Below are positions 26,594 through 36,523 of a DNA stretch of 64,000 nucleotides, piece by piece. How positions within the stretch are numbered: position 1 is the stretch's first letter; the number at the start of each line of letters is the position of its first letter. The DNA comes from a virus: the IMG/VR virus record IMGVR_UViG_3300036770_001519, positions 3,671-67,670 of that record; one strand, 5' to 3'. The notes under the pieces are model-generated. The model worked only from the letters and a program-made list of their open reading frames with translations. It was not told the DNA's origin and did not search any database. A program made the position numbers and the translations under genes.

Positions 26594-27197
26594 AACAAAC
26601 AGACAGGCCATCTACAGGGAAGCAGCTCGCATTCGCTCGCGTCAGTTTGCAAACGAGGAACTAGGCAGCGTCGGTAGGTACTACAAGGATACCGCCGCTG
26701 CCTACGAGAAGAAGATGCAGGATGCGCTAAAGGCACAGGAAGAAATCAACAAGTTATGGGATGACAGGTTTAAGCGAGCCGAAGAAGCATATGCTTCTTG
26801 GAAGGCAAGCACAAAGAGAACCATCTTTGCACCGACCATCTCGTTGTATGGAGATGACAGACCAAACAACAAGGTAGTTGACATCTTCAAGCTCGTAGAT
26901 GAGCAAGGAAGACGCAGGACAATGGAGCAGATTGAGAAGATGGGTACATCCAAGTACGGCTATCAGTTCAGGTTGGGCGAAGAAGCAAGCCAAGCACAGC
27001 TGAACAAGATGGACGTGGATGAATACACATCCTCATTCAGCACATACAATACACGATATCAAGAGGAACTTGCCGACCTTGAGCGTCGAAACGCAGAGGC
27101 ACGGAAGAAGTTCTACGAAGATAAGCAAAGACAGCTAGCAGCTGCTGAGTCTATGTCTGCTTATCGTGGACCAACATATCAAGAGAAACCACTGTAA
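26586..27197 (+). CDS. Hypothetical helical protein, possibly virion-associated
   Basis: AGGAG RBS; 203 aa ORF. Confidence 0.7.
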   Translation: MAETNRQAIYREAARIRSRQFANEELGSVGRYYKDTAAAYEKKMQDALKAQEEINKLWDDRFKRAEEAYASWKASTKRTIFAPTISLYGDDRPNNKVVDIFKLVDEQGRRRTMEQIEKMGTSKYGYQFRLGEEASQAQLNKMDVDEYTSSFSTYNTRYQEELADLERRNAEARKKFYEDKQRQLAAAESMSAYRGPTYQEKPL

Positions 27198-27206
27198 GGA
27201 GACAAC

Positions 27207-27545
27207 ATGGGATCACCAACTGTTTCAGGCGGCATGACAGCTGCCGAGCAAAGATCACTGCTGGCAGAGGAGCGCGCCTTCCAGCAGGAGCAGGAAGACA
27301 AGAGACGCGCACAGATGCTTGAAGACGAGCGTAGACGCGAGGAACAGGCAGAGGCTGAGCGACAGAGAATCGCAGCAGAGGAAGCCGAAAGACTTGCAGA
27401 GATAAACGAGGCAGAGCAAGCCGTCATCGAAGAGGAAGAGGAGCAGACCAAGAAGACCAAGTCTGATCTTGGCAAGGTTTCCTTCTACGATGCACTTGGT
27501 CGCGGAGTAATAAACCAACCAACGATGGCTGAGAAACCAAGATGA
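27207..27545 (+). CDS. Charged coiled-coil protein before portal (gp7.3-like position)
   Basis: AAGGAG RBS; E/R-rich; directly precedes the portal gene. Confidence 0.65.
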   Translation: MGSPTVSGGMTAAEQRSLLAEERAFQQEQEDKRRAQMLEDERRREEQAEAERQRIAAEEAERLAEINEAEQAVIEEEEEQTKKTKSDLGKVSFYDALGRGVINQPTMAEKPR

Positions 27546-29140
27546 TGCTACAAGAACGCTTTCGCATACTCGACGGCAACCGTCAGAGCAAACTTGAGAG
27601 AGCGAGATATTGTTCATCACTTACGATTCCAACCATTCTTCCACCAGAATCATGGGATGAAGGCAGAACACTGCCTCAACCATACAGTTCGGTGGCAAGC
27701 AGGGGAGTAACATCCCTTGCAAGCAGGATGCTCAGTGCATTGATCCCGCTAAACGATGCACCATTCTTCAGGTTCTCACTGAAGGATGGATCATTCGTTC
27801 CGCATGAGATCGACCAGTACCTTGAGACGCTTGCGTATCAGGTGTACAGAAAGCTGACATCAACGAATCTACGTGAGTCCGTATATCAGGCTCTACAGCA
27901 TCTCATCATCACAGGCGATGTCCTTATGATGATGGATGAAAACTATTACTTTACAAACTACAGACTGGATCAATACGTTGTACAGCGCAACGTGATGGGC
28001 GAGGTAATCGAGGTTGTACACCTTGAGTACGAAGCCATCGATCCAGATGATATTCGGTGGGATCAATCATCCATTGAATACAGAGAGGGATTCTGCACGT
28101 ACTACTGCCAGTATCTTCGTCAGGAAGATGGTACATGGTACTACCGAAAGGAACATGCCAACGGAGACTTGGTTTCCGATGGCGTGTATGTCATTCCTCC
28201 ATTTGCCGTACTAAGATGGTTCAGCATTCCAGGCGAGAACTACGGCAGATCACACTGCGAGGATATCCTTGGAGATCTTCGCTCACTTGAATCATACACA
28301 AAGGCACAGATCGAAGGTCTTGCTGCAGCCAGTGCATTTTGGATTGCAATAGATCCAGGTGGCGTTACCGAAATAGATGACGTTGCGCTTATGCGTAACG
28401 GTTCATTCGTGTCGGCACGTCAGCAGGATGTGTTCACCATTTCTCCAGCGGCTACCATGAATCCCCAGATTCAAGCGGCATCTGCTGCTGTCGAGACAAT
28501 GCGTAGGGAGATTGGTCAGGCGTTCCTAATGACTGGTCAGGCACTTCCATCTGGAGACAGAGTGACGGCTACGGCTGTCAGAATGATCGGATCGGAACTT
28601 GAGACGGTTCTTGGTGGTGCGTTCAGCTCCATTGCAAGAACACTTATGCAGCCAATCGTCAACAGATGCATTGTTCAGATGCTTGCTGACGAGCTTCTTG
28701 AGGAAGGTCTTGAGGAGCAGTTTTTTGAGGAGGACGGCACACTTACCCTACATATTATCACTGGTCTTCAGGCACTTAGCAGGGATTCAGACCTGCAGAA
28801 GCTGATGCAGCTAGGTGAGATGGTAAGAAACCTGCCACCAGAAGCAGTATCTACATTCAAGTGGGATGCCTATGCATCTCAACTCATCACATCCCTTGGC
28901 TTCGATCCACGACAGTGGGTACGTGGCGAGGAGGAGGTGCGTGAGATGCAGCTCCAGCAACAGGCTCAGGCAGCGCAGCAAGCCACGGCACAGACCACAG
29001 CGGGGGCAATCGGCTCAAGCATGGCTCAGGCCGCAGGTAACGCAGCAAGCACTGCCCTTCAGTCTCCTGAGGTTCAGGCTCAAGCGCAGCAAGCACTTGG
29101 CAACATCGACCTATCGGCTCTAACTGGAGGAATGCAATGA
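27542..29140 (+). CDS. Head-tail connector (portal, T7 gp8-like)
   Basis: S..SRGV..LAS, PFFR, GENYGR, RVTAT.VR, LGG.FS, TGL.AL.R; Gln/Ala-rich tail. Confidence 0.95.
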   Translation: MMLQERFRILDGNRQSKLERARYCSSLTIPTILPPESWDEGRTLPQPYSSVASRGVTSLASRMLSALIPLNDAPFFRFSLKDGSFVPHEIDQYLETLAYQVYRKLTSTNLRESVYQALQHLIITGDVLMMMDENYYFTNYRLDQYVVQRNVMGEVIEVVHLEYEAIDPDDIRWDQSSIEYREGFCTYYCQYLRQEDGTWYYRKEHANGDLVSDGVYVIPPFAVLRWFSIPGENYGRSHCEDILGDLRSLESYTKAQIEGLAAASAFWIAIDPGGVTEIDDVALMRNGSFVSARQQDVFTISPAATMNPQIQAASAAVETMRREIGQAFLMTGQALPSGDRVTATAVRMIGSELETVLGGAFSSIARTLMQPIVNRCIVQMLADELLEEGLEEQFFEEDGTLTLHIITGLQALSRDSDLQKLMQLGEMVRNLPPEAVSTFKWDAYASQLITSLGFDPRQWVRGEEEVREMQLQQQAQAAQQATAQTTAGAIGSSMAQAAGNAASTALQSPEVQAQAQQALGNIDLSALTGGMQ

Positions 29141-29844
29141 CCTATAAGGCAGCTGGTGCAAGCAATCCAAACATAAAAAATGTAAATTCAATTACATATT
29201 GGGTTGAAACAAACGGAACAACTACCGTTAAAGTAAACCAAACCCAGTATGTGGGAAGATATCCAACACTAGATAATGCAAAAGATGCGGTAGCAGGCAT
29301 CTTAATCAAGTTAGGTAACAAGGATCCAGTCACAAGATTGGCACAAATTCTAACAGTTACCAACATTATTCCTAATAATGATGTACCTATGCCTCCAGCT
29401 AATGCCGATGTTACCCCAAACGCATTAGATTGGTATGATATTACTCATATAAGAACCTTTATACGGGATAGTCAGACTGGTGAAGATATATCACAAGAAG
29501 ATTCCTTCTCAAGTTTTTTACAACAAGTAACAGGAATAGACACGAATATTATTCTTGTTCCCACTTTTACAAGTTCAACGCTTCAACTTTGGTATAGAAA
29601 AGCAAACTTTCCATTTGCTTCTCAACAAGCATATCCACCTAACTTAGAACCAGGCTATGTACAAATAGCATCTGGTGATCAAATTATTGTTGCTCCAAAT
29701 GAGTACATTAGGTTTAAATGTTTTTTTCCATTGCCAACAGGAAGAGTAAATCCAATTAATATTGATATTACAAACAGTTCAGATGGTAATGCACTTCTAG
29801 ATACATTTACTATGGCGTATGGTCAATCTTTCACATACGTTTGA
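29137..29844 (+). CDS. AT-rich hypothetical protein between portal and scaffold
   Basis: GGAGG RBS; visibly more AT-rich codons than the flanks. Confidence 0.7.
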   Translation: MTYKAAGASNPNIKNVNSITYWVETNGTTTVKVNQTQYVGRYPTLDNAKDAVAGILIKLGNKDPVTRLAQILTVTNIIPNNDVPMPPANADVTPNALDWYDITHIRTFIRDSQTGEDISQEDSFSSFLQQVTGIDTNIILVPTFTSSTLQLWYRKANFPFASQQAYPPNLEPGYVQIASGDQIIVAPNEYIRFKCFFPLPTGRVNPINIDITNSSDGNALLDTFTMAYGQSFTYV

Positions 29845-29858
29845 AATTAAGGAAAAAC

Positions 29859-30758
29859 ATGTCAGACACACAAGAACCAACGACTCCACCAGTGGTGGAA
29901 CAATCTGCGGTTACAGCGGATCCCGTCACTGCCCGTGAATCACAGGCTTTCGAGACTTATGTAAACGCAAACAACGTCCAGGTACCAGGAAACTTCAAGT
30001 CCGTAGGTGACTGGTTCAGCGCGCTTAAGTCAGCCCAAGGCGAATACACCAAGGCTAGACAGGAAATATCAGAACTAAAGAAGCAGATTCCACAGCAGCC
30101 AGCTGTCGAGAAGGTAGCTCAGGAGCAACCTAAGGAACAACCAGTTCCTAAGATTCCAGAGGAACTACGCATTCCTGACAAGCCAGCAGTAACGGAGCAA
30201 CCTGCTACGCAAGCAGCACAAAATTTATTGACTCAAGAAGAGTGGTCAAAATACTCGACCGAGTTCAGCGTGAACGGCAATCTTTCAGAAGAATCTCGTT
30301 CAGCGATCAAGGCAAAGTTGAATGTACCAGACTTCGTGATCGATGATTTTATGCAGGGACAGAAGGCTCGCTTGCAGAACGCATACAACGAGGCGGCTCA
30401 GAGAGTAGGTGGCAAGGATACCCTTGCGCGTGTATTCGACTGGGCAAGCAAGAACCTGACCGCACAGGAACAGGCTAATGTAAACGCAGCGTTGGCGACA
30501 CCTTCATGGGAAGTTACCTTGCTAGGACTGAAGACCAAGTATGAGTCTTCGCTGGCAAGTAAGATTACTTCTCAGGAACCAGCCAAGACTGGGGCTACAA
30601 AGGTAGGATCTTCTGTTACACAAGTTAACAACCTACCCTATGCATCCAAGGCTGAGTTCTACACAGAGCGTTCGGATCCACGCTTTAAGAATGATCCAAA
30701 ATTTAGACAAGCCGTAGAGTTACGGATGTCTAAGACAAACTTCAATAATCTAAGATAA
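29859..30758 (+). CDS. Capsid assembly scaffolding protein (gp9-like)
   Basis: VGG......WA..NL, DPRF..DP.FR..VE motif; position before the capsid gene. Confidence 0.85.
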   Translation: MSDTQEPTTPPVVEQSAVTADPVTARESQAFETYVNANNVQVPGNFKSVGDWFSALKSAQGEYTKARQEISELKKQIPQQPAVEKVAQEQPKEQPVPKIPEELRIPDKPAVTEQPATQAAQNLLTQEEWSKYSTEFSVNGNLSEESRSAIKAKLNVPDFVIDDFMQGQKARLQNAYNEAAQRVGGKDTLARVFDWASKNLTAQEQANVNAALATPSWEVTLLGLKTKYESSLASKITSQEPAKTGATKVGSSVTQVNNLPYASKAEFYTERSDPRFKNDPKFRQAVELRMSKTNFNNLR

Positions 30759-30770
30759 GGAATATAAATT

Positions 30771-32111
30771 ATGGCAGTAACAGGCGATCTAGCAGCAACA
30801 GATCTAGTTTACAGAACAGACGTAGCAGCAGGGCTTTCAGGCCCACTCGCAGGTGCAAACAAGCTTTGGCTCAGCATCTGGAGCGGTGAAACCATTCACG
30901 CTTACGACGAGTACAACATGTTTGAGTCCCTTGTTGACTCAAAGACCCTCAGCAACGGCGTTGCTATGGAGTTCCCAATCACTGGTACCGTTGCGCTAAA
31001 GACCGCATGGAACGCTGGTGTAGAGCTTGTTGGCGGCGATGCTACCTCAACCACCATCGCAGTCAAGCTTGACAAGCGTCCAATCGCAGCACACTTCGAA
31101 ATCGACAATGTCGATCTCATGCAGACCCAGTGGGAGTTCCGTTCGGAGCTTGCACGTCAGGCTGGTCTAACTCTCGCCAATGCACGTGACAAGCAGATCG
31201 CTGCTTACATTGCAAGAGCAGCAGTTGAAGACCTAACCTGGAGCGGTTCAGCTACTGCTGGTTCAACCAATCTAGCTCTCGACCCAAGAGCAATTCCAGC
31301 TGGTCCAGTATTCCTCTCAGCAAAGTTTAAGAATCTTGGCGCAACCATCAACGCTGCTGCTACTCAGGCAGAAAGATCTGAAGCAGCACTTGATGCCCTC
31401 AAGGCTTGCGAGGACTTCGTTGTATACCTCCAGACCATCAATGCACCAACCGATGGCGTATACCTTGCCGTTACCCCACGCGCATTCCAGGATATTCGCG
31501 CACTCGGTGTTGCCAGAACACATGATCAGGCAGTCAGCACCCAGCCACTCTTCGGTGGCGTTGCCGCTGCTGGTGGTCTTGGCGCAGCTCTAACTCAGGG
31601 CATGAATAACCTCACCGACTCGCTTGAGTACATGGGCGTTCGAATCATCAAGAGCAACCACCTCCCAATCGGTGACTGGGATACCGCCGCAAAGAACATC
31701 GGTGAGGCACGTTACAACCTCGCATTCGATGATGCTGGTGTAGTCGGTCTTCTCTTCCAGAAGAACGCAGTTGCCTCTCTCAAGCTTCAGGGTCTAAAGG
31801 TTGACACTGTTGATGACGTTCGTCGCAACACAACCTTCACCGTTGCAAGCATGATGGCTGGTACTGGCGTTCTCCGTCCAGAGTGTGCTGCACTTCTCGT
31901 TGGTGCTACAACTGCAAACTCAGCTGCATCCTATTCCAAGGGTACTGGTAAGCTTTATGCTTCCGCAGGTACCGTACTTGCTGATGTTGATGCAGCAAAC
32001 GTCGGTGGCGCAGAAGCAGCCCTTGCAAGAAACGAACTTCGCGTTCTTTTCGGCGCAAACTTCACCAGAGAAATGCTCCCAACCGTATCCGATGGCTTCC
32101 CATACGCCTAA
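30771..32111 (+). CDS. Major capsid protein (gp10-like)
   Basis: WSGE, FP.TG, R.EL..Q.G..LA...D, G..I.KSNHLP, G.GVLRPEC. Confidence 0.95.
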   Translation: MAVTGDLAATDLVYRTDVAAGLSGPLAGANKLWLSIWSGETIHAYDEYNMFESLVDSKTLSNGVAMEFPITGTVALKTAWNAGVELVGGDATSTTIAVKLDKRPIAAHFEIDNVDLMQTQWEFRSELARQAGLTLANARDKQIAAYIARAAVEDLTWSGSATAGSTNLALDPRAIPAGPVFLSAKFKNLGATINAAATQAERSEAALDALKACEDFVVYLQTINAPTDGVYLAVTPRAFQDIRALGVARTHDQAVSTQPLFGGVAAAGGLGAALTQGMNNLTDSLEYMGVRIIKSNHLPIGDWDTAAKNIGEARYNLAFDDAGVVGLLFQKNAVASLKLQGLKVDTVDDVRRNTTFTVASMMAGTGVLRPECAALLVGATTANSAASYSKGTGKLYASAGTVLADVDAANVGGAEAALARNELRVLFGANFTREMLPTVSDGFPYA

Positions 32112-32224
32112 TTAAATTAGCGTTTGGGATCGTAATTCTTTGTTTTAGTTCCACAAAGACTTTAGCCAGAAGGGTTGCGGTGATCAAACATCTCCTCCAT
32201 ATGCCCCAGCATGTGGTTGTATAC

Positions 32225-32258
32225 GCCCATTCCCCCTTAGTTGGGGGAGTGGGTTTTT
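32225..32258 (+). terminator. Intrinsic terminator after capsid gene (T-phi equivalent)
   Basis: GCCCATTCCCCC-TTAGTT-GGGGGAGTGGGT followed by a T tract. Confidence 0.85.
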
Positions 32259-32287
32259 CATTTATCCCCAACAGAAAGGAATCATCT

Positions 32288-32932
32288 ATGGGATATCTAT
32301 CAAAGCTTGATGCAGTTAATATGATGATGCTTAGTGCTGGGGAAAGCCTGGTGGCTGACCTACAGGAAGCATCGGGCATCGACACAGGCATAGCAGAATT
32401 CCTGCTTGACCAATACAGCATGGAGCATCAGCTCCGTGGAATCGCAGAAAACAAGATAGTCAAGAAGGTAAGACCAGACGAGAATGGTCACATTCTACTT
32501 GGCTATCCAAACAACGACTACCTTGGAGTGATCGAAGCATCGCTGCTATCGTCCCACTACAATGAAGAGAGAATGTACATTCGCGCACGTGCAACCGAAA
32601 CCAATCCACCTCGCCTATTTAATATGACAGACGAGACAGACGTTTGGGAGGACGAGGAATACCATGTCTCCATCACGGCATTGCTTAGATGGGAACAGCT
32701 TGACACGACAACCCAACGTGCAATACTTGGAAGTGCAATGCGGAAGTACCAGCTTCTAACCCAAGGTGACAGAACACTTGATGCTGTTCTTGCTCAGGAT
32801 GAAATGCTCAGTCGTATTCGTGCACGTTCAAACGACATCACGGACAAGAAGAGAAACATCCTGATGAACTCAGACGCAGCCAACAGATGGCCTTACTTTG
32901 TAAATAGAAGACTCTGGAATGGAGGCTTCTGA
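32288..32932 (+). CDS. Tail tubular protein A (gp11-like)
   Basis: LDAVN.M....GE N-terminus; AAGGA RBS. Confidence 0.85.
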   Translation: MGYLSKLDAVNMMMLSAGESLVADLQEASGIDTGIAEFLLDQYSMEHQLRGIAENKIVKKVRPDENGHILLGYPNNDYLGVIEASLLSSHYNEERMYIRARATETNPPRLFNMTDETDVWEDEEYHVSITALLRWEQLDTTTQRAILGSAMRKYQLLTQGDRTLDAVLAQDEMLSRIRARSNDITDKKRNILMNSDAANRWPYFVNRRLWNGGF

Positions 32933-35607
32933 TGGCAGACAAGCAGATAATCCCCATCTATACACTCAGCGGTGGAGTATCGCGTCAACCTGCCAGCAAG
33001 AGAACCCCATTCCAAGCCGAGAACCTAGACAATTGTCTTGTATCTTTGGAAAGATCGGTTGAGAAAAGACCAGGATTCTCAATGCTAAGCGGCGTTGGAA
33101 CCTTTGATCTTTCATTTCTTCCACTCAATGCCCAGCCATACTTCGTGTGGTACCAGCTTGACAGGGACAACCGATTTCTAATCATCCTAGACAGAGCAGC
33201 GACTTCGGCAACAGCCACGTTGTTCTACGTCCTTAAGGTTACAGCCGATGGCTGGACCGATCAGACACCAACCACACAGTGGGATCCGCTTGATCCAGTG
33301 TTGGTATGGAATGGAACTGATTCAATCTCTGGAGATGATCCAAGATGGGAGATCTACAAGACGGTTCAGGGATCAAACGACATACTCAATGACTACAATG
33401 CCAAGAAGGCACTAGGTATTGTAGATAGAAACACAAGAAACTACATGGTGTATGGATCTGGCAAGCCACGCGAGTTGCTTAGAAACTGCCAGATCGGCAC
33501 CAACATCTTCTTCCTGAATACTTCGGTCTATGCTGGATTTACATCTGGCACAGGAGAAAAGACAGTAGGTCTTAATGGTCTTGAAACTGAGACAACCGAT
33601 GACATCGGTGGCAAGATAACCTACTATACGGCTACAAGAATCATTAAGACATCTGATGGTAGGATGTATCCTCAGGGATATACCCTGCGTGATGGCGAGG
33701 AATACGATTCAGAATGGAATGCACAGTTCATCCCAGCTGAGGATTATGTATTCGGTGATTTTGAAAAGCCATGGCTTGGTCAATCAGTCAGAAACTTTGG
33801 TGAACTTCGGTTTCCACCAGACAACAACGACTGGCTTGCAAACAACTCAAACGCCGACATCTCTCCAATAGATGATTCGGCACGGGACATGCTAAAGATC
33901 CTATATGATCCAAGCACTCCCTTCTACAACACAACTACAGAGACATCTCCAGCAGATGGTCGTGGCAAAATCTACTTCTGCGATGCACCTTATCTATCTC
34001 TTGATGCTGGCTTCTACAGGATCGTGTCCTTCCCAGAGGGACAGACCTACAGCCAAGGCGCAGTAACACAAGATGGTGCTGGAAAACCATATACCCAGAA
34101 GGTACGCACACCAGACTATTGCTCGGTTCTAGACAAGAACAGAATGCCACAGCGGCTTCTCTACAGCAATGGCACATGGTCGTTCAAGCCAATCGACTGG
34201 GCACCAAGAACGGTAGGAGACAGGGTTACAAACCCAGGTCCATCTCCGTTCCTAACGCCAAGTGGAGAAGCAAGACACGTACAGCTATCGTCTCTTGCCA
34301 ATTTCAGAGACAGGTTGTTCTTCTCCTCAGGAGACGTTATCTTCTCATCTCAGCTTGGCATCCTTGAGGATCTTTGGATAAAGGATCCATCAAACGTAAC
34401 GGTATCGGATCCAATCGATGTCCGCGCAGCAAGCAACAGCTACGCTGAGATCACGGCAATGATTCCGTTCAACACATATCTATTCATCAACACACGTGGC
34501 GGGGTCCAGTTTGAACTTAAGGGTGAGAACAACCTCATATCTCCGCTTACCGCAGAGATCTCAAGTACCACGTTCTACTCAACCGCAGACCTCGTAGATC
34601 CACAGACACTTGGAAGCCAGATCTATTTCTTCGACAAGGAAAGACTGTACATCTATCTTAACGAGGACAGCAGGGAATTCAACACAGCTGTTGAGCTAAG
34701 CAATACGGTTCGTGGATACCTTCCAGAAAACTATCAGGACGTAGCCACCGCCGTAGCCCAGAACTATCTTCTTGCAGTTGACGAGGATGAAAAGAACAAC
34801 ATCTACGTATACTGCAATAGATTTGATGGAAACCAATTGATTCAATCATCGTTCTGGAGATATGTTCTTTCATCAAATGACGAGGTATACGGTCTTCGTG
34901 TATGGGACAACAACATGTTCGTTGTCACCAAGAGAAACAACACTGGCGGTTCAGCCTGGTATCTCATGGTAAATCATCTTGAGCAGGAATCGTTCGACAT
35001 TCCAAGAATGGACGCACGTTACAAGCTTCAGATAACAAGCGAACTTGTTTCGGCACGTGCCGTAGAGACTGAGATTACTGTTCCATACATCATGCCAACA
35101 GCAGACACCTACGTGGTTCTGTCCGATGGCTTTGGTGTAAACGCTGGATCCGTATTCAAGGCAACCTACGTTCAGCCACAGGGTTCCCAGACGGTTGTAA
35201 AGATCTCTGGCATAGACCTGACCGAGCACATCGGAAAATACATCTACATTGGAACAGCTTTCTCAATGGTTGTCGAGTTGTCACCACAATACATTCGGGA
35301 CAACGGCAACAACATCATCGAAGGCAGTCTAAACCTAAAAACCCTACAGTTGCGTCATAGCCAGACGGGTTACTACAGGGTGGAGGTTACGCGAAGAGGA
35401 AGACCAAGCAAGCTTGTGTCCGAGTTCTCCGCAACCAACACCGAAAACACCGACATCTTGAACAAGGATGGAGTGTTTGTCGCAAAGATCTTCGGCTTCT
35501 CTGACGAGACAAAGGTCGAGATCATCAACGACAAGCTCGCTCCATGCAACATCACGCAAATGGAGTTCAAGACGGTATTCAACAGAAACAACTCATCGTT
35601 GAGATAA
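32932..35607 (+). CDS. Tail tubular protein B (gp12-like)
   Basis: L.GGVSRQP, KRPG, W..R.VGD...NP.PSF, FRDRL.F. Confidence 0.92.
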   Translation: MADKQIIPIYTLSGGVSRQPASKRTPFQAENLDNCLVSLERSVEKRPGFSMLSGVGTFDLSFLPLNAQPYFVWYQLDRDNRFLIILDRAATSATATLFYVLKVTADGWTDQTPTTQWDPLDPVLVWNGTDSISGDDPRWEIYKTVQGSNDILNDYNAKKALGIVDRNTRNYMVYGSGKPRELLRNCQIGTNIFFLNTSVYAGFTSGTGEKTVGLNGLETETTDDIGGKITYYTATRIIKTSDGRMYPQGYTLRDGEEYDSEWNAQFIPAEDYVFGDFEKPWLGQSVRNFGELRFPPDNNDWLANNSNADISPIDDSARDMLKILYDPSTPFYNTTTETSPADGRGKIYFCDAPYLSLDAGFYRIVSFPEGQTYSQGAVTQDGAGKPYTQKVRTPDYCSVLDKNRMPQRLLYSNGTWSFKPIDWAPRTVGDRVTNPGPSPFLTPSGEARHVQLSSLANFRDRLFFSSGDVIFSSQLGILEDLWIKDPSNVTVSDPIDVRAASNSYAEITAMIPFNTYLFINTRGGVQFELKGENNLISPLTAEISSTTFYSTADLVDPQTLGSQIYFFDKERLYIYLNEDSREFNTAVELSNTVRGYLPENYQDVATAVAQNYLLAVDEDEKNNIYVYCNRFDGNQLIQSSFWRYVLSSNDEVYGLRVWDNNMFVVTKRNNTGGSAWYLMVNHLEQESFDIPRMDARYKLQITSELVSARAVETEITVPYIMPTADTYVVLSDGFGVNAGSVFKATYVQPQGSQTVVKISGIDLTEHIGKYIYIGTAFSMVVELSPQYIRDNGNNIIEGSLNLKTLQLRHSQTGYYRVEVTRRGRPSKLVSEFSATNTENTDILNKDGVFVAKIFGFSDETKVEIINDKLAPCNITQMEFKTVFNRNNSSLR

Positions 35608-35609
35608 AC

Positions 35610-36515
35610 ATGGCAACAAACCAGACTACAGTAACGGTATCAAGAGATACCACATATAGCTTGCCTATTTCATATTCCTCACTTACGATGGTGACGGGAG
35701 TTGATCAGCAGGAGCAGTTGCTTCTGTTTAGAAACGACATTGAGACAATCTATGGATCCTCGCTATCCCTTCGGGAATACAGAGGTCTTGGTCAGATCGC
35801 ATCTGATTGGCTTGTCTTGGATGAGATCAATAGAAACATTACGGCAATTAACATTCCAGCAAACGCAACGTTTGTCTTGGATAGCGGCACAGCGGTTGCC
35901 GTTCCAGCTCTTCAGGCTGGAGAATCAATCACGGTAAAGCGGGTAAACATCGTATCCGAGCCATACGTCACGTGGACAGCTGGCTCAAAGATCACCGCAG
36001 ATCAGCTTAACTTAAATACATCCCATCTTCTTGGTCTTATTCAAGAAGCAAAGAACGACATTTCAAATGCAATCCTACGAACGGATTCCGATTCAGTCGT
36101 GAATCCGCTTGAGGGTAACATTGATGCCAACGGATTCAAGGTTACCAACCTTGCCACGCCAACGGCTAATACCGATGCAGCAACCAAGGCATATGTCGAT
36201 GCGGCTATTCAGACCGCAGTCACAAGCAAGCTTGGCGTTGCAAACGGAATTGCAACACTTGATGCGGTTGGAATCCTGCAGACAAGCCAGAGATTCCTTC
36301 AGCTTGGCGTACTGCCAAGATCGTTCTTTGCACAGGGCACGGCACCAGTCCGCACCACGGCTGGTCAGGGTCTATACGGCTGGGGTTCGTTGTGGTACAA
36401 CACGACAAACGGTAGACTATTTGTCTACATCGCAGACGATAGATACGCGGGTGCAACAGAAACACAGGAAGGCGACATTGGCTATTGGGTCGATGTATCT
36501 GCCCCAGCACAATGA
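35610..36515 (+). CDS. Tail fibre / adaptor protein with T7 gp17-like N-terminal domain
   Basis: GS.IT...LN....L...QE motif; NLA.P....DAATK.YVD repeat. Confidence 0.8.
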   Translation: MATNQTTVTVSRDTTYSLPISYSSLTMVTGVDQQEQLLLFRNDIETIYGSSLSLREYRGLGQIASDWLVLDEINRNITAINIPANATFVLDSGTAVAVPALQAGESITVKRVNIVSEPYVTWTAGSKITADQLNLNTSHLLGLIQEAKNDISNAILRTDSDSVVNPLEGNIDANGFKVTNLATPTANTDAATKAYVDAAIQTAVTSKLGVANGIATLDAVGILQTSQRFLQLGVLPRSFFAQGTAPVRTTAGQGLYGWGSLWYNTTNGRLFVYIADDRYAGATETQEGDIGYWVDVSAPAQ

Positions 36516-36523
36516 GGTAAATA

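Noticed and set aside
32040-32290. T7 gp10B-style programmed frameshift
   Set aside because: I could not identify a convincing slippery site with a substantial extended frame before the terminator.
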